Assembly: GCA_020184695.1 (NCBI GenBank)
Contig: JAANOX010000079.1
Span: 87,422 to 151,421, forward strand
DNA length: 64,000 nucleotides
Direction: 5' to 3'
Source of the DNA: Histomonas meleagridis 2922-C6/04-290x
Taxonomy: Eukaryota; Protista; Parabasalia
How positions within the stretch are numbered: position 1 is the stretch's first letter; each line of letters begins with the position of its first letter. Under the pieces are notes generated by a model. That model searched no databases and had not been told where the DNA came from. It was given only the letters and a program-made list of their open reading frames with translations. The position numbers and the translations under genes are program-made. Shown here piece after piece: positions 43,948 through 57,542 of this stretch.

Positions 43948-46900
43948 TTGCGGGAAATATGGATGAAAACGGTTTTTTATTCAATTTATGTGTCAAGAAA
44001 ATTAAATACAGCGAATTGGAGAGAAACAAGGGTACCAATTATAAATATTATAGCATTTGAAAAAAGTTGGCCAGGTGTAGGACCTTTTGTATGTACACAA
44101 GGAGATGGAGAAGCATTTACACATGTGTACCTCATTTGAAATATCATGAGAAACAAATTCATAATAAAACATTTCCAGGTTGTACAATGTTAGAATTTCT
44201 AAACTTTTTAAGTTTAAGAGAAAATTATTGGGAACAAGTTAATTTACAAGACCAACATCAAAGTTATCATAAGAATCTTTATTTTTGCTTCTGTTGAAAT
44301 TGTGATTATTTTACTATGAATCAGGGTTCATTTTCTTCACATATGAAAACCAAACACAAATATATAGTTGATAAAAAATCAGAAATAGGATGGATTTGGG
44401 CGACTATTAAATATTGGATGGACCAAGTTAATAGAATACCAAATATTAAAGAACTAATGAAAGAAAGAAATGGTTTATTATGTGGTTATTGTAAAAAGAC
44501 AATTACAGCTAATGAAGGAAATATAAAATTACATGCATCTTCAATGCATAGTGATTCAAGAATAAAAGGTACAATTATTACAAAACAAAAGATTAAAATT
44601 AAATCCACAATATTTAGAATCCTGTTACAAGAACAAATTGATGAAATTGAGAATGAAATTAAAGCTCAAGAACAATTAACAGATGATAACAATAACAATC
44701 ACTTCAATAATAGAAATAATATTATCATAGATCAACAAAATAATGAAGAAATTAATAGAAATAAAAATAATATTATACATAATCAAGATGTCATTCAACA
44801 AGAACGATTAAATTATCGAATTGTACTACAAAATAATAATCAAGAACAACAATAAGAAGATAATATAAGAATGACACAAAAAGAACAACAAATAATTTCA
44901 GAAGAAAGAAATAATTTACTAATAAAATGTAGAAAATGGTTAAATAGGGTAGAAATAGAAGAACAAAATGAGATTCATTTACCTAAACTTACTAAAAACT
45001 TTAGACAAAACCTATTTATTCCAATTAAAGAATGTATGAAAAATAAAATAATTCCAATATTTAAGAAATGTTTACCAATAAATGAAGATGAAACAGAATG
45101 GATAATCTTTGAAGGAAGATTAGCCAAAATGAATTTATTAATTAGAAAAACTTTACATATTCCTTTAGAAAAGATGATAGGTAAATCTATTAAGTAGAAT
45201 AAAATCACAGATAGAGAAAAAGATACAATTAGAAGACAAAATAATATAATTAGGAATTTATCAGAAATTACTAGTTATATTAAAAGGATTATAGAATCAA
45301 AAGATAAAACACCTACATAAACTATATTAAATACTATTTCAAGTATTGAAATAGAAATAGAAAAGATGATAAAGAATACTAATAATGATATATTAAATAA
45401 AATAATTGGAGGAAATAACATTGAACATATTCGAAACATCATTAATGATAATCCAGAACATAGAGAAAATAGATTAAATTATATTTCAGCTACATTAGAA
45501 AATATTCAACGAGATAATATGAATATTATATCAAGAAAATATAAAAATATAACTCAAAACATGTATCGAGAAGATCCAGTTAGAGCTAATAGATGGTATA
45601 TATTAAATGATCCTATACCAGAATGTAATCTGAATATAGAAGAAGTTGAGAATTATTATAAAATACAGTTTGAGAAAATTGCGAATTTTGAAGAACCAAA
45701 AGAAAATAGTTTATGGGACTTAAAAAAAATGATTGACGAAGAAAATGAAGATTTTTTAATTAAATAATCTATTAGATAAGGATTTAATCAGAAATTCAAT
45801 AAGATCAAGATCAAATATGGTTGCTAATGGTCCAGATGGGATTGGAAATCCTATATGGAAAATAGATATTAAATCAACTACTAAAATTATTAAAATGATT
45901 AATGAACAAATAATTAAATTCGGAAAATTTCCACAAACTTCAAAAAAATTCGAAACCAATATTATTATATCAAAAAGGTGATCCAAAAGTAATTAAATCT
46001 TGGAGACCTATTTCAATATCAAATACATTGTATAGAATTGTAATGTGTCAGATATCAAAGATTATCCAAATTATAAATCAAAATTGTAACTTCATTAATC
46101 ATGTACAAAAATAATTTAAAGCTGGTATTAATGGTATTTCAGAACATATAGCAACTATAAATGAATTAATTTCTGAAGCTAAAAGAAATAATATCTCAAT
46201 CATTATTATTACTACACTAGATTTTACTAATACTTTTGGATCTGTATCTCATAAAGCTATTTTATGGAGTTTAAAGAAAAGAGGATTCCCTACGATATTT
46301 ATAGAAGCAATTAAAGACTTATATGATAAACTAGATGGTGTTCCAATTAATACAAATGATAATGAGGTAATATATTTTAATATTCAAGCTTATGCTGATG
46401 ATATAGTCTTGATTTCTCAAACCCCTGAAGGTATGCAAAACATGTAAAATACAGTAGAAACGTTTTGTGAGAAGAATGATATGTCAATGGCTCCACAAAA
46501 ATGTAAAACTTTAAGTTATATTGAAGAAAATAATCGAAGAGTTACATTAAATTATAAATTACAAATTCAGAATGAAAATATTCCTAATTTACCTTTATTA
46601 GAAGCTTAAGAATATTTAGGTTCATCTGCAGTAATTAAAAGAAAAGGTAGTTTTGATCATGCTAATATAAGATTAAATAAAATAAAAAATGAAATCATTA
46701 AAATTATGAAATCCCCATTAAAATTTAATCAAAAAATAGATGCGATCAAAAGAATGATTCTTCCTGAAATAGATTTCGAATTATTAAATGGTTATTGTTC
46801 AGAGAAAGATATAAATAATATTTATACAATGATTAGGAAATTAATTATGAAGGATTGTAAAACTAACAGTTTACCTAAAGAATTATTTTATACTGAATGG

Positions 46901-47230
46901 AGTAATGGAGGTTTAGGGTTACCAAAATTATGGGAAAGAGCTAAAACTTTACAAATTAAGAACTTCCTAAATATTATAAAATCTTATGATCCAAATTTCA
47001 GGAAATTATTCAGACAATCTTTTATTAATGAAATAGATTATAGAAGGATCGAAAAAGATTACAATTCACCCTATTTAAATATTCCAGTTGATGAGAATAA
47101 TATAATTACACAAATTAGTCAAAACAGAACAAATTGTTTATTTTCAAGGACAATTAAATCTTTAGCCAAATTAAAAATTGGTATGAAGATGAACTTTAAT
47201 AAAGAAACTGCTAAAATATGGGACTGTTGT
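43948..47230 (+). mobile_element. Degraded non-LTR retrotransposon (R2/NeSL-type architecture): C2H2 fingers plus reverse transcriptase
   Basis: Fingers CxxCDYFT...HMKTKH and CGYCKK...HASSMH. RT motifs NGPDGI, KGDP...SWRPISISN, LDFTNTFGSVSH, YADD at 46391-46402, YLGS. The QG.PLSP motif is absent and the 3' end is truncated. Confidence 0.88.
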
Positions 47231-48511
47231 GTACAAAATCTTATTCTATTCAAAAAGCGGCATCGGCATTTTCACTTTTTGATAACTTTCACTAGGGCAC
47301 CTTCGGATCAAAAAGTTGGGAAAATAAACATTACAAAAAGTTACCGAAATAAATTCATCAAGAAGTTGTGGAGAAGGTATATTTTAAATGAGATTTAATG
47401 ATCAAATGGGTTTTATTTTGCTAAAATACAAGTTAAAATTAAATAATTGATTATAATAGTCGCACATAATAATTTTGTGATTAAATATGAAATATTCAGA
47501 TATCGTCACCAAACCTCTTGATGAAGCCTCCAAAGGTCATTTTAGCCGATCAGAATCAATACAAGCAATTCCCGACATTTCAAATAACCACCGAAACCAC
47601 CGCCGATAGAGCTTTTTGAACGCCACGGCGTGTCATTGTCATGTCACAACAATAAAAGCTTTTACTATTATGTAACCGAAAATATAAACGTCGACTGTTT
47701 TGTCCAAATCGTATTGAAACCAAGAAGGGTGAGTATATCTTGTTGAGTCTGAAAGAGATTGGTTTGAACAAGAACTGAAAACAGAACCCATCCAAGATTT
47801 TGGAAATCAAAATTTGCCATTTTGCCATTTTAAGGCACAGTAAAATTTGATTAGAAAACCATTAATTGTCAAATTCATGTAAAAAATGTAAAAGAATGCC
47901 AAATTTGTATTTTATAGGCACTTTTTATTCAAATAATGCCAAATTAATAAACTGGATGGAAACTCCGCGCAATCTAAGAGCTGTCATGTTTTATTATATA
48001 GTTTATAATCATTTGACCATCAAATTATTGTAATCACTGTAATAAATCTGCAATCTCGAAATTAAAATTTTTCACGTTCACTGAACCGAATGAGCCATCT
48101 CTTATATAACAAATGCATGAAATGGTATTCTTTTTCTGGTACAATAGGAAATCTCAATCATCATATGATGATAATATATATTATATTCAGACAAAAATCT
48201 TCTTCCTTCAAAAGATATCTCAATGTCAGATGACAAATGGTTAAAATTATTTCAAAAATTCATCCTTACATCAGGTTTTTCTTTATATTATTTTACTTTT
48301 CACGACTTTTTGATTGGGGTCATTCAAAAAGTGGAAAGTCTCACAATTATTCACAACTTTTTGTGTGATATTGAAAAAGTTGGAAAAAGAAAAAATAGAG
48401 GAATCGTTTTTGGCTTCAAACAAACCTCGTCATTTCTGACTTGAAATAAACCTTGTCAATTGTTTGGCTTAAAATAAAACGAATATTTTTAAGGGTGGCT
48501 TTATTAATTGA

Positions 48512-48816
48512 ACCACCAGATACTTTTCGAATTATAAATAGAACATTATCAATCAGACCTGACACATTACAATTATTAAATAACAAAATTAGACCAAATA
48601 AAAACATTTCTCATGTTACACAAGTTCAACAATATCCAGTTAATGTTAATGTTCCTAATTTCTCTATTACACAAAAAAACATAAATTGTGATTTACCAGT
48701 AGTAAAAGTTGAAGAAAAAATTATTGATATTCCAGACTTCAAAATTAATAATGAAGAAATCAATGTCGTTATACCTTATTACAATAAGGAAGACATGTTA
48801 ATTACAATTCCTGATT
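48512..48816 (+). repeat. 305-nt apparently identical copy of 41129-41433
   Basis: Direct read-through comparison from accaccagatact to attcctgatt. Confidence 0.9.
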
Positions 48817-49047
48817 CCAAAATTAGTGTAGAAAATTATTTGTATGGTATTTGTAGTAGTGATTGCTCGTGCATATAAATGTAAATTAATTGTGATTAAT
48901 GGTTGTATAATTTCACATATGCTGACTTCAAAGGAAGCCATACTAAACACACGAGAACTCATACCTTTATGAACTTATGAAGTAGTTCAAATATTTAATG
49001 AAAGCATCTTCTATATAATGTCCTGTAGAAATGCTAGCATCTCTATA

Positions 49048-51394
49048 TACCCTGTTTCCTGACAAATCAGGACAAACCGCTAGACGATAACCTTTTTGTA
49101 AACCCACCAATTTTCTAAAAATGTACGTTAAAATTGAATAAAAAGACGTTAAAAACAAAATTTTTTCATTTTTTTTTTATAGGGTGTTCAAAAAGTCCTG
49201 ACCCCCCCTCCTATTATGGGCTGTGATTAGTTTATAAATAAAATATTCATATAATATTAAAATATAGTTAATGAAGATCTTATATATGTGAAATATGTGA
49301 TCCCCCATCTGATCTTGTTCATCCAATTTCAAAAATTCTTCAAAAGCAACCATTTATTTCAGCCCGCTTAATTGCAAAGCAATTATCAGTGACTCCAAAT
49401 ACTGTATTAAAAGTTCTTTATGAGGACATGGTATTGAGGCGCTTCACTAGGAAATGGGTCCCCCATGATTTGACGGAAGAACAAAAAAATTGGAAAGAGT
49501 CGATATGTCAAAAATCAATTTTAAAAAAATATTAGAAAAAAAGCGGAAAAAGAAAAAAATTTCATTAATATAATGATTTTAATTATCAAAGTTCTTATAT
49601 GTATGCAGCATCACGAGATGAAGTGCCAACCCGTACCCAAAAGAAAATTGACAGTGAAAAAATCATGCTGACAATGTTCTTCAATGGAAATTTCCTATTA
49701 TGCATTGATTTTCTACCAAAAGGCAAAAAATATAATCAACGCTATTTCATCGATAATATTATTGAAGAAATAATTAAAAATACAAATGAGGATGAGGATC
49801 AATTGGACTTAGATCAAATGATGATTCATATGGACAATTGTAAAGTTCACAAAGGAAATTTAGTTCAACAACAAAAATTAAATCAAATAAAGCTTAAATC
49901 CATTCCGCACCCACCTTATTCTCCTGACATCAGCCCATGCGACTTTTGGTTATTTGGTTATTTAAAAAAATATTTGGAAGATAAAGAGATAAAATCGAAA
50001 CATCAATTAAAAACTCAAATTTTAACGGCATGGGAACACGTCAATTTTGAAGAGCTTCAAAGCGTGTTCTTGGAATGGATCAAAAGATTGAAGTGGATAA
50101 TAGAAAACAATGGAGAATACTATATCACATAAATAAACAAGAATATCTAAAATTGTTTATTCATTGAGATAGGAGGGGGGGTCATGACTTTTTGAACACC
50201 CTATATTTACTAAACAGCCCTTCAACTGCGTACCATGAGCTCCTCTACCATTTAATGGGCCGTGGCGTTATTTTTTTCACATATTCCATGAATTTTCCAC
50301 ATTTTTTTCTAAGATCGCATTCCAGCAATCAATCAGGATCGAAACCCCAACATCGTAAAATGAGGTTGGGGGATTAAAGAGATTTTGTCTCACCATGAAT
50401 TGGTGAAGTGCTCTGGCTTTGAGCTCCCCAAAAATTCTTCTATCAAGGGGTTGATAGAGAGAAGTTCCTCCTGCAGGAACATAAAGGAGTTCAATGTCCA
50501 GAGAATTGGCAAGTTCTTGAACAGCCTCGGTCCTGTGTGCTGGGTACACATCCAGGATGAGACATGAAGGGAGGCCACCATGTCTTTGATGGAGCCACCG
50601 AAGGTAATCCAGCATTACACTCTCAGTTGTCCAACCATTAGTGGAAAAACGCATTTCCACTTCTTGGTGTTGCCCAAACTTGATAAGACATCTGGGTGTC
50701 TTACCTTTAGCTAATACCCATAATGGGAGTTTCTAACCTTCGCAGGTTATTGAACCAAATGCAGTAATTCTTTGTTTTTCACCTGCATTGGCTTTAATTT
50801 TGATAGATTCTTGTCCCTTTTCTGCGAGAACCTCTGTAGGAGCCATATAAAGGCACCAGCTGGTTTCATCGAAGTTAATAATGTGAAATGGAAGATAAAT
50901 ATCTATTATCTCTTCAAGTCTTCGAAGAAAATATTGTGCATATTCATCATTGACGGTGGTTCTCCTTTCGGCATGTGGTTTCCGCAAACTCAAATTGTAG
51001 AATTTTAGGAACCTATCAATCCAACAATTTGAAGCACAGAACCTCTCCACCTGGAAAGTGTCTGAAGAAGAGAATGCATTAATGGCAACATCATGAACTG
51101 TTTTTCTGTTTGCTGGTATTCCTGGTTTCAAGTATTCCTCAAATATATATGCAAAAATTGAATCTTCTGTTTCTTTGGGAAGTAAATATTTTTGAAACTG
51201 CGATGATTCATTCGGAAACCAGTTTTGACCACCAGGTGCTAGGCGATGCTTTTGCCAATCACTCAATGTCTGCTTGGGTATCCCTGTGTCACGTGAAATA
51301 AACAATTTTATTTCAATTATTTCAATGATTATTGATCGTTTATTTACTCAAAAGTCATGTGACGGTTTGTCCGGATTTGTCAGGAAACAGGGTA
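49048..51394 (-). mobile_element. pogo-like DNA transposon with intact TIRs carrying a nested mariner
   Basis: TIR TACCCTGTTTCCTGACAAATC(A/C)GGACAAACCG at 49048-49079 and 51363-51394, flanked by TA. DD35D ORF 51305-50277 with a single in-frame TAG at 50733-50735. Confidence 0.92.
49180..50203 (+). mobile_element. mariner-type element (internally deleted) with 35-bp TIRs
   Basis: TAGGGTGTTCAAAAAGTC(C/A)TGACCCCCCCTCCTAT at both ends, TA flanks; HMDN...HPPYSPDISPCD. The first catalytic D (GDESW) region is missing. Confidence 0.93.
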
Positions 51395-51576
51395 TAGACA
51401 ATTAATTCAATTAATATCAATATATTATAATATAGCACTTCGCATATGCGTATGCATACACTTTGAATATATATATAATATTTATCGAATATATCAGACA
51501 ATTTGGGAAATTTTAAATTTTTAATTACAAAAAATATTGAAAATTTTATTTTTATCACATTTTAAACACACAAAAA

Positions 51577-52533
51577 ATGATTGACCAAGATAGTGTCGCA
51601 AGATATCTCATTATAAAAGGATGGGCAGCTGTTAAAATTTATAATGATATGAAGCTTCCTGTAAATCGTATCAAAGTATTACTAGAGCAATTAGATTAGG
51701 AACAATCGGAACAAATAGTAATGAGTCTAAAGAATCAATTAATTTCACTGAACCATCAAACACTGATGAAAGACTTTTGGAGGTGCTTGATGAATTCCCT
51801 TGTTCTTCAGTCAGTCAAATAGCCCATAAAACAAATATACCAAGATCAACTGTACACGATCACCTAATCAAAATTGGGTTCGTTTGCAAACACCTTCATC
51901 GAGTACCCCATTCTCTTACACCAGAGCAAAAAAAGTGCGGGTTCGATTATGTATTTAACTATTAAAATTCATTAGAACTGCGAAAATTATTCCTAGAGGC
52001 ATTTTGTTACAGGGGATGAATCATGGTTTTATTTATACTATGATTATCGATAAAGATGAGTACAAAAAGGGGATAACCCAGGAGAAATTGTATCAAAAAA
52101 AATTTTCTCTCAAAAATTCATGTTGTCAATATATTTCAATCCAAATAATTTTGCTCTAGTTGACTGTCTTTTTAAAAATCAAAAGTTTAATGCACACTAC
52201 TACGTGAATAATATTTTATCTAAACATGTACAAAGATTCAATGATGGTTCTGATAAAAATTGTATCGCATCACCACAAATTTTATTGACTCGAACCAGAT
52301 GAAAAAAGCTCCACATCCCCCATATTCACCTGGTGAACAGATTTTTATCTTTTGGGTAATATCGAAGAAAAGCTCAAGGGTTATTCATTTGAAACCCCTG
52401 AAGAGTTAAGACATCAAATTCATGTCATCGAATTTTAAATGACATTCCAAAAAATGAATTGAATGATACTTTTCTAAACTGGGAATGGAGATTACAAAGA
52501 GTTATTGATACCAAAGATGAATACATTCACTAA
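51577..52533 (+). mobile_element. Second mariner transposase pseudogene
   Basis: HTH (IPRSTVHDHL), RVPHSLT, VTGDESWFYLYY, APHPPYSP; multiple frameshifts. Confidence 0.85.
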
Positions 52534-52909
52534 TGAAAAATATAATATTTTTGTTTTTATTTATTCTCCTTCAATGTTGAGATGCTAACACCCACGGGCA
52601 TCAATGGAAAATAATATCAGAATATCTCAATAATAGAAGGTAGCTTCATGCAGAAATATCGATCTTTTTTTTACTTATGTTTCATAAAATAAGCACTCGT
52701 ACAAAATCGTTTCCAAATTCGAAATGCGAATGAATCAAGATTCTTTTTGAATAATTAGGCAATGTTCTCCTTTTCAAATCTGTGCCGTTGACAAATCTAA
52801 TTGTCAATTCTGATTGCTCTCGTATTTCCCAATTATTGGTATTAGTTTAGCAATTGAAAAAAGATGGCCAGGTGTTGGACCATTCGTATGTACACAAGAG
52901 GATGGAAGC

Positions 52910-53482
52910 TTAAGAGAAAATTATTGGGAACAAGTTAATTTACAAGACCAACATCAAAGTTATCATAAGAATCTTTATTTTTGCTTCTGTTGAAATTGTG
53001 ATTATTTTACTATGAATCAGGGTTCATTTTCTTCACATATGAAAACCAAACACAAATATATAGTTGATAAAAAATCAGAAATAGGATGGATTTGGGCGAC
53101 TATTAAATATTGGATGGACCAAGTTAATAGAATACCAAATATTAAAGAACTAATGAAAAGAAAGAAATAGTTTATTATGTGATTATTGTAAAAAGACAAT
53201 TACAGCTAATGAAGGAAATATAAAATTACATGCATCTTCAATGCATAGTGATTCAAGAATAAAAGGTACAATTATTACAAAACAAAAGATTAAAATTAAA
53301 TCCACAATATTTAGAATCCTGTTACAAGAACAAATTGATGAGATTGAGAATGAAATTAAAGCTCAAGAACAATTAACAGATGATAACAATAACAATCACT
53401 TCAATAATAGAAATAATATTATCATAGATCAACAAAATAATGAAGAAATTAATAGAAATAAAAATAATATTATACATAATCA
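52910..53482 (+). repeat. About 573-nt near-identical copy of retroelement segment 44214-44785
   Basis: Only a few substitutions and one 1-nt insertion seen. Preceded by a more diverged homologue of about 44036-44110. Confidence 0.9.
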
Positions 53483-54627
53483 GGAATGACAACAAGCTCT
53501 AAAGTACAGCAACGAGTAATTCAAAGACAACAGATCGTCATTATTGAAGAATAACGAATTATTCTGGCCAAGATGGTGATGCCATTTTTTTCCAATTCTA
53601 CATATGGGCAACGTTGACATTCCAGCTAATTGAATGATAATTTAACTTACTATCGTTCGACCAAATGGAGCATATTTCATTACTAAATATAATATTATAA
53701 ATTAATATCAATTTTAATTCTAACAAAACAAAAAACATATTAAACTGAAAGCCATTACATATATTAATATTAGTATGTATAATCCAATAATGGCTCAAAA
53801 AAATTGACGAATTTATACATTCCGTTATTGTAAGTTCTGGATTTCTAAAAATTTTTATAATTTGTATATTTATAATTAACCCATTATTCCTAAAATTAGT
53901 AATTGGAATTAATAAAATTGAATCATATTTTTCTATAGAAAAATTTCTATAGTAACCGAATCATCAGATTTATTTGATAGTATCCGATCGTTTTGGACTA
54001 AAAAAATAATATAAACCATTGATTATAAAAAGATTAAACTGTCATTCTTTAAGATATTTAAATATAATAAAGTTCAACCCAAAAGCCTTTCAAACAAACA
54101 ATAAAATATAGTAAGTCACTAAGCTTACAAAATTTACGGTCTCAAGGCAAAGTCAAGCCCCAACATGGCTAAAAAACAGTATCGAATGAAATTTTTGCGA
54201 GGAATTTTTTTGACGATTCATTATTTGTTGCCTTGGGTTTTCTCTGACGAATCGATTATTTTTAAACATTAGTTGCAAATATCAATAAATCAGTGGGATT
54301 ACCGACGAAAATTTTCGTCCTTCATAAATAATCCAGAAATTAAATGGATAACAAAAAATGGTGAGGCTCCATTTTGCAATATAAAACCTCCAAAATGAAA
54401 TGGTTATCTTTGCAGGATAATTAAGAATCCGCGAACACCCAAATATTTTGATTGATAAACCAATTAATTTTATATCTAATATAGCTGCCTATGGTCCAGA
54501 TGGAATTTATAATTTGATGGGAATGTGGAATGCATACACACTTTTATCTGAAGAAACTAAAGTTATTAAAAATTATTTGACCATAATAAGATTTCCTTCA
54601 GATGACATTACCATTTCCTACAATTTT

Positions 54628-54945
54628 TTAAATTTTTTTTAATAATTGTACTTTGCCGATAGCTTCCAAACCTCTTTGAAACGTATGTTGATATATAGAC
54701 TTCATTCGGATAAGTCCAAATGTATGTTCAAGAGGATTGCTGGATAATCGATTTAAATCAATAATTCCTTTTGTAGAATATATGATTGATAATATTGAAT
54801 AAATTGTATTTGTTATTTCAACTAAAAAAACATCATCGGTACTCTCCAAGCAAAAAATAGAATTTGAATACCTTGTTATCAAAAAGTGAAAATGCCTTAC
54901 AATTATGCGTGATTTTTTGAATAGCATTGAAAAATTCACATTCAA
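54628..54945 (-). pseudogene. P-element-like transposase C-terminal fragment
   Basis: LNRLSSNPLEHTFGLIRM matches LNRISSHPIENTFGITRS of the element at 61 kb and the RxxQDxLENxFG motif. Confidence 0.6.
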
Positions 54946-55279
54946 AATATTTTTGTGAGAAAATATTCCTTCTCAAAATTGATTTCTATGTTTTACATTT
55001 TTCGACAAGATAATTTCTGTAAATTTATAAAATGTCAATCCTGAATTATATTTAATTTACTTATTCCTAAAATTCATTATATAAAAACTTGTGAAAATTG
55101 CATTGCTCATCAACTTGATTAAAAATATCTACATTATTTTTATAATGCAATATAGAGAGCTAAATGAGAAAGATGACAAATGTGGATTCTGCAGAATAAT
55201 ATTATTATAATATGTGTTAATAAATATCAACATTTTTAATCACAAAAAACATGTCATTTGTATTAATGGATTTAAAAAA

Positions 55280-55838
55280 TTCATTAATGCTATTCATTAT
55301 GTTATTCATATTATTGTTTATTAATGTATTGTATAATGTTATTCATATTATTGTTCATTAATGTTATTCATAATGTTATTCATATTATTGTTTATTAATG
55401 TATTGTATAATGTTATTCATAATGTTATTCATTAATGTTATTCATAATGTTATTCATATTATTGTTTATTAATGTTATTCATAATGTTATTCATATTATT
55501 GTTTATTAATGTATTGTATAATGTTATTCATATTATTGTTTATTAATGTATTGTATAATGTTATTCATATTATTGTTTATTAATGTATTGTATAATGTTA
55601 TTCATAATGTTATTCATTGATGTTATTAATAATGTTATTCATTGATGTTATTAATAATATTATTCATTAATGTTATTAATAATGTTATTCATTGATGTTA
55701 TCTATATTGTTATTCATAATGTTATTCATAATGTTATTCATTGATGTTATTCATAATGATATTCATTGATGTTATTAATAATATTATTCATTAATGTTAT
55801 TCATAATGTTATTCATTGATGTTATCTATATTGTTATT
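55280..55838. repeat. AT-rich minisatellite (TAATGTTATTCA core and variants) between about 90-bp direct repeats
   Basis: About 45 degenerate 12-13-mers; direct repeats start at 54946 and 55839 (aatatttttgtgaga...ttccttctcaaa...). Confidence 0.9.
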
Positions 55839-57509
55839 AATATTTTTGTGAGAATATATTCCTTCTCAAATTTGATTTCTATGTTTTACATTTTTTGCCA
55901 TAAAAATTTCTAAAGATTTATAAAATGCCACCATTAATGGTGATAAGACATCAAAAAGAATAATAAGAGAAATTATATAAAAATGCATAAAATAACAAAT
56001 GACAACATCTAACTATAAAAAATACTGAAAAAATGAGAATATGCTGAGAAAATATGAAGAAGAAACTTGAATTAACCATAAAATTTATAAATATAAAGTC
56101 ATATACAAATAAATTTGGATTATCATGGAAAAATATGAATAATTGTTCTCTTTTTATTGTAAATCAAAAGAATATTTGGAATTTCTTCCTATTATTTGAG
56201 TGAAATACAACACAATAATTCCCGTGATTTAACATATAAGAACATAAAATATGTGATAAAATGTTGTGAGTATGCCATAATATATAACAATTCCTTTATT
56301 CATTAATTCATCATTCATACAGTTTGCTAATTCAAGATATAATTTTATTTAAGATTAATATCAATGAAATGAATTCAATATTGATTCTGTAATTACATTT
56401 AAATTAAGTTTTAAATCATTACTAAGGCTTATTTGGCATATATTACTTATTGCATTCAATTTTTTAATAATAATTTATGTGAATGAATATTCATATGCTA
56501 TTTATATGGATTTTAAATGTTAAATTCAATATTTAATAAAATATTTTATACATAACTTAAATGCATAGTCTATTATATTAATATTCTCTGGTGAATTTAT
56601 TAATAAACTCACCGAATTCAAATTTTGAAATGTAATTGAGAATATGAACATTAGTAATTAAAGAATAATCTTCAAATGCATATTTATTGATCAAACTGAT
56701 AGTATTTGAAATAATGTTATCTCTTGATATCCTAGAAAGTTAAAATAATAATTTAGTTATTTTTTTTTATTATATACAATTGTATATAATCTGAATATTT
56801 TTTTTTATTAAAAAAATTATTAAAGATAATTTTATGTATTTATCAAAAGCATATTCGAGATTTTGACATTGTTGATTTGGGTATTATAATTTCATGTAAT
56901 AATGTCTTAGCTAGTCGTCACATTGTAATGAAGAGAATAAGGTAATTCAACATCTATTATGTTATTGTGCGCATAAAAATAAGTATTATCAATTAGAGTA
57001 ACATTCTAAATTATCATTTAATTAAAATATTAATTTAATCTTTTGTAATATTGTTAATATGTCAACAAATATCTATAAAGCCCCAATTTATAAAAGCATA
57101 ATCAGAATATATATATATTCATGAATAAATATGATGTAGCATGAATAAAATTAAAAAATATGAGTAAATATTATATTTTTAAGAGAAATATTAAATTAAT
57201 TAGTTTATGGAAATATAAGCAATGTTTTTTACATTATTTTATGCTCTCTTTTATAACTTATAAAATGAGATGTAAATTTTTTTTTAATATCAAAAGTTAT
57301 CTCAATCTATTAATAAACAAAATACATATATTTAATATAATTAATAAAACTTTTTATTGATAAAATATTATACATAATAAACAAAAGTATTTTGAAATGT
57401 AATAAAAGTAATTTTACTTAATGAATTTGAATTAAAAGATATTAAATAAGGTAGATCCCATAAATGCAATTAAATAATAATAGAGGATAAATGGTTAAAT
57501 ATTTATAAG

Positions 57510-57542
57510 TATAGGGTGTGCAAAAAGACCTGATCCCACCCT
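57510..57542 (+). mobile_element. Solo degenerate mariner TIR
   Basis: TATAGGGTGTGCAAAAAGACCTGATCCCACCCT resembles the TIR at 49180. Confidence 0.65.

Noticed and set aside
47230-48480. Possible further transposon or gene remnants
   Set aside because: Coding-like patches exist, but I could not identify any motif, TIR or continuous frame.
53490-54620. Possible additional P-like transposase remnant (GQDGD-like motif)
   Set aside because: Too degraded, and orientation is inconsistent with the 54628-54945 fragment.
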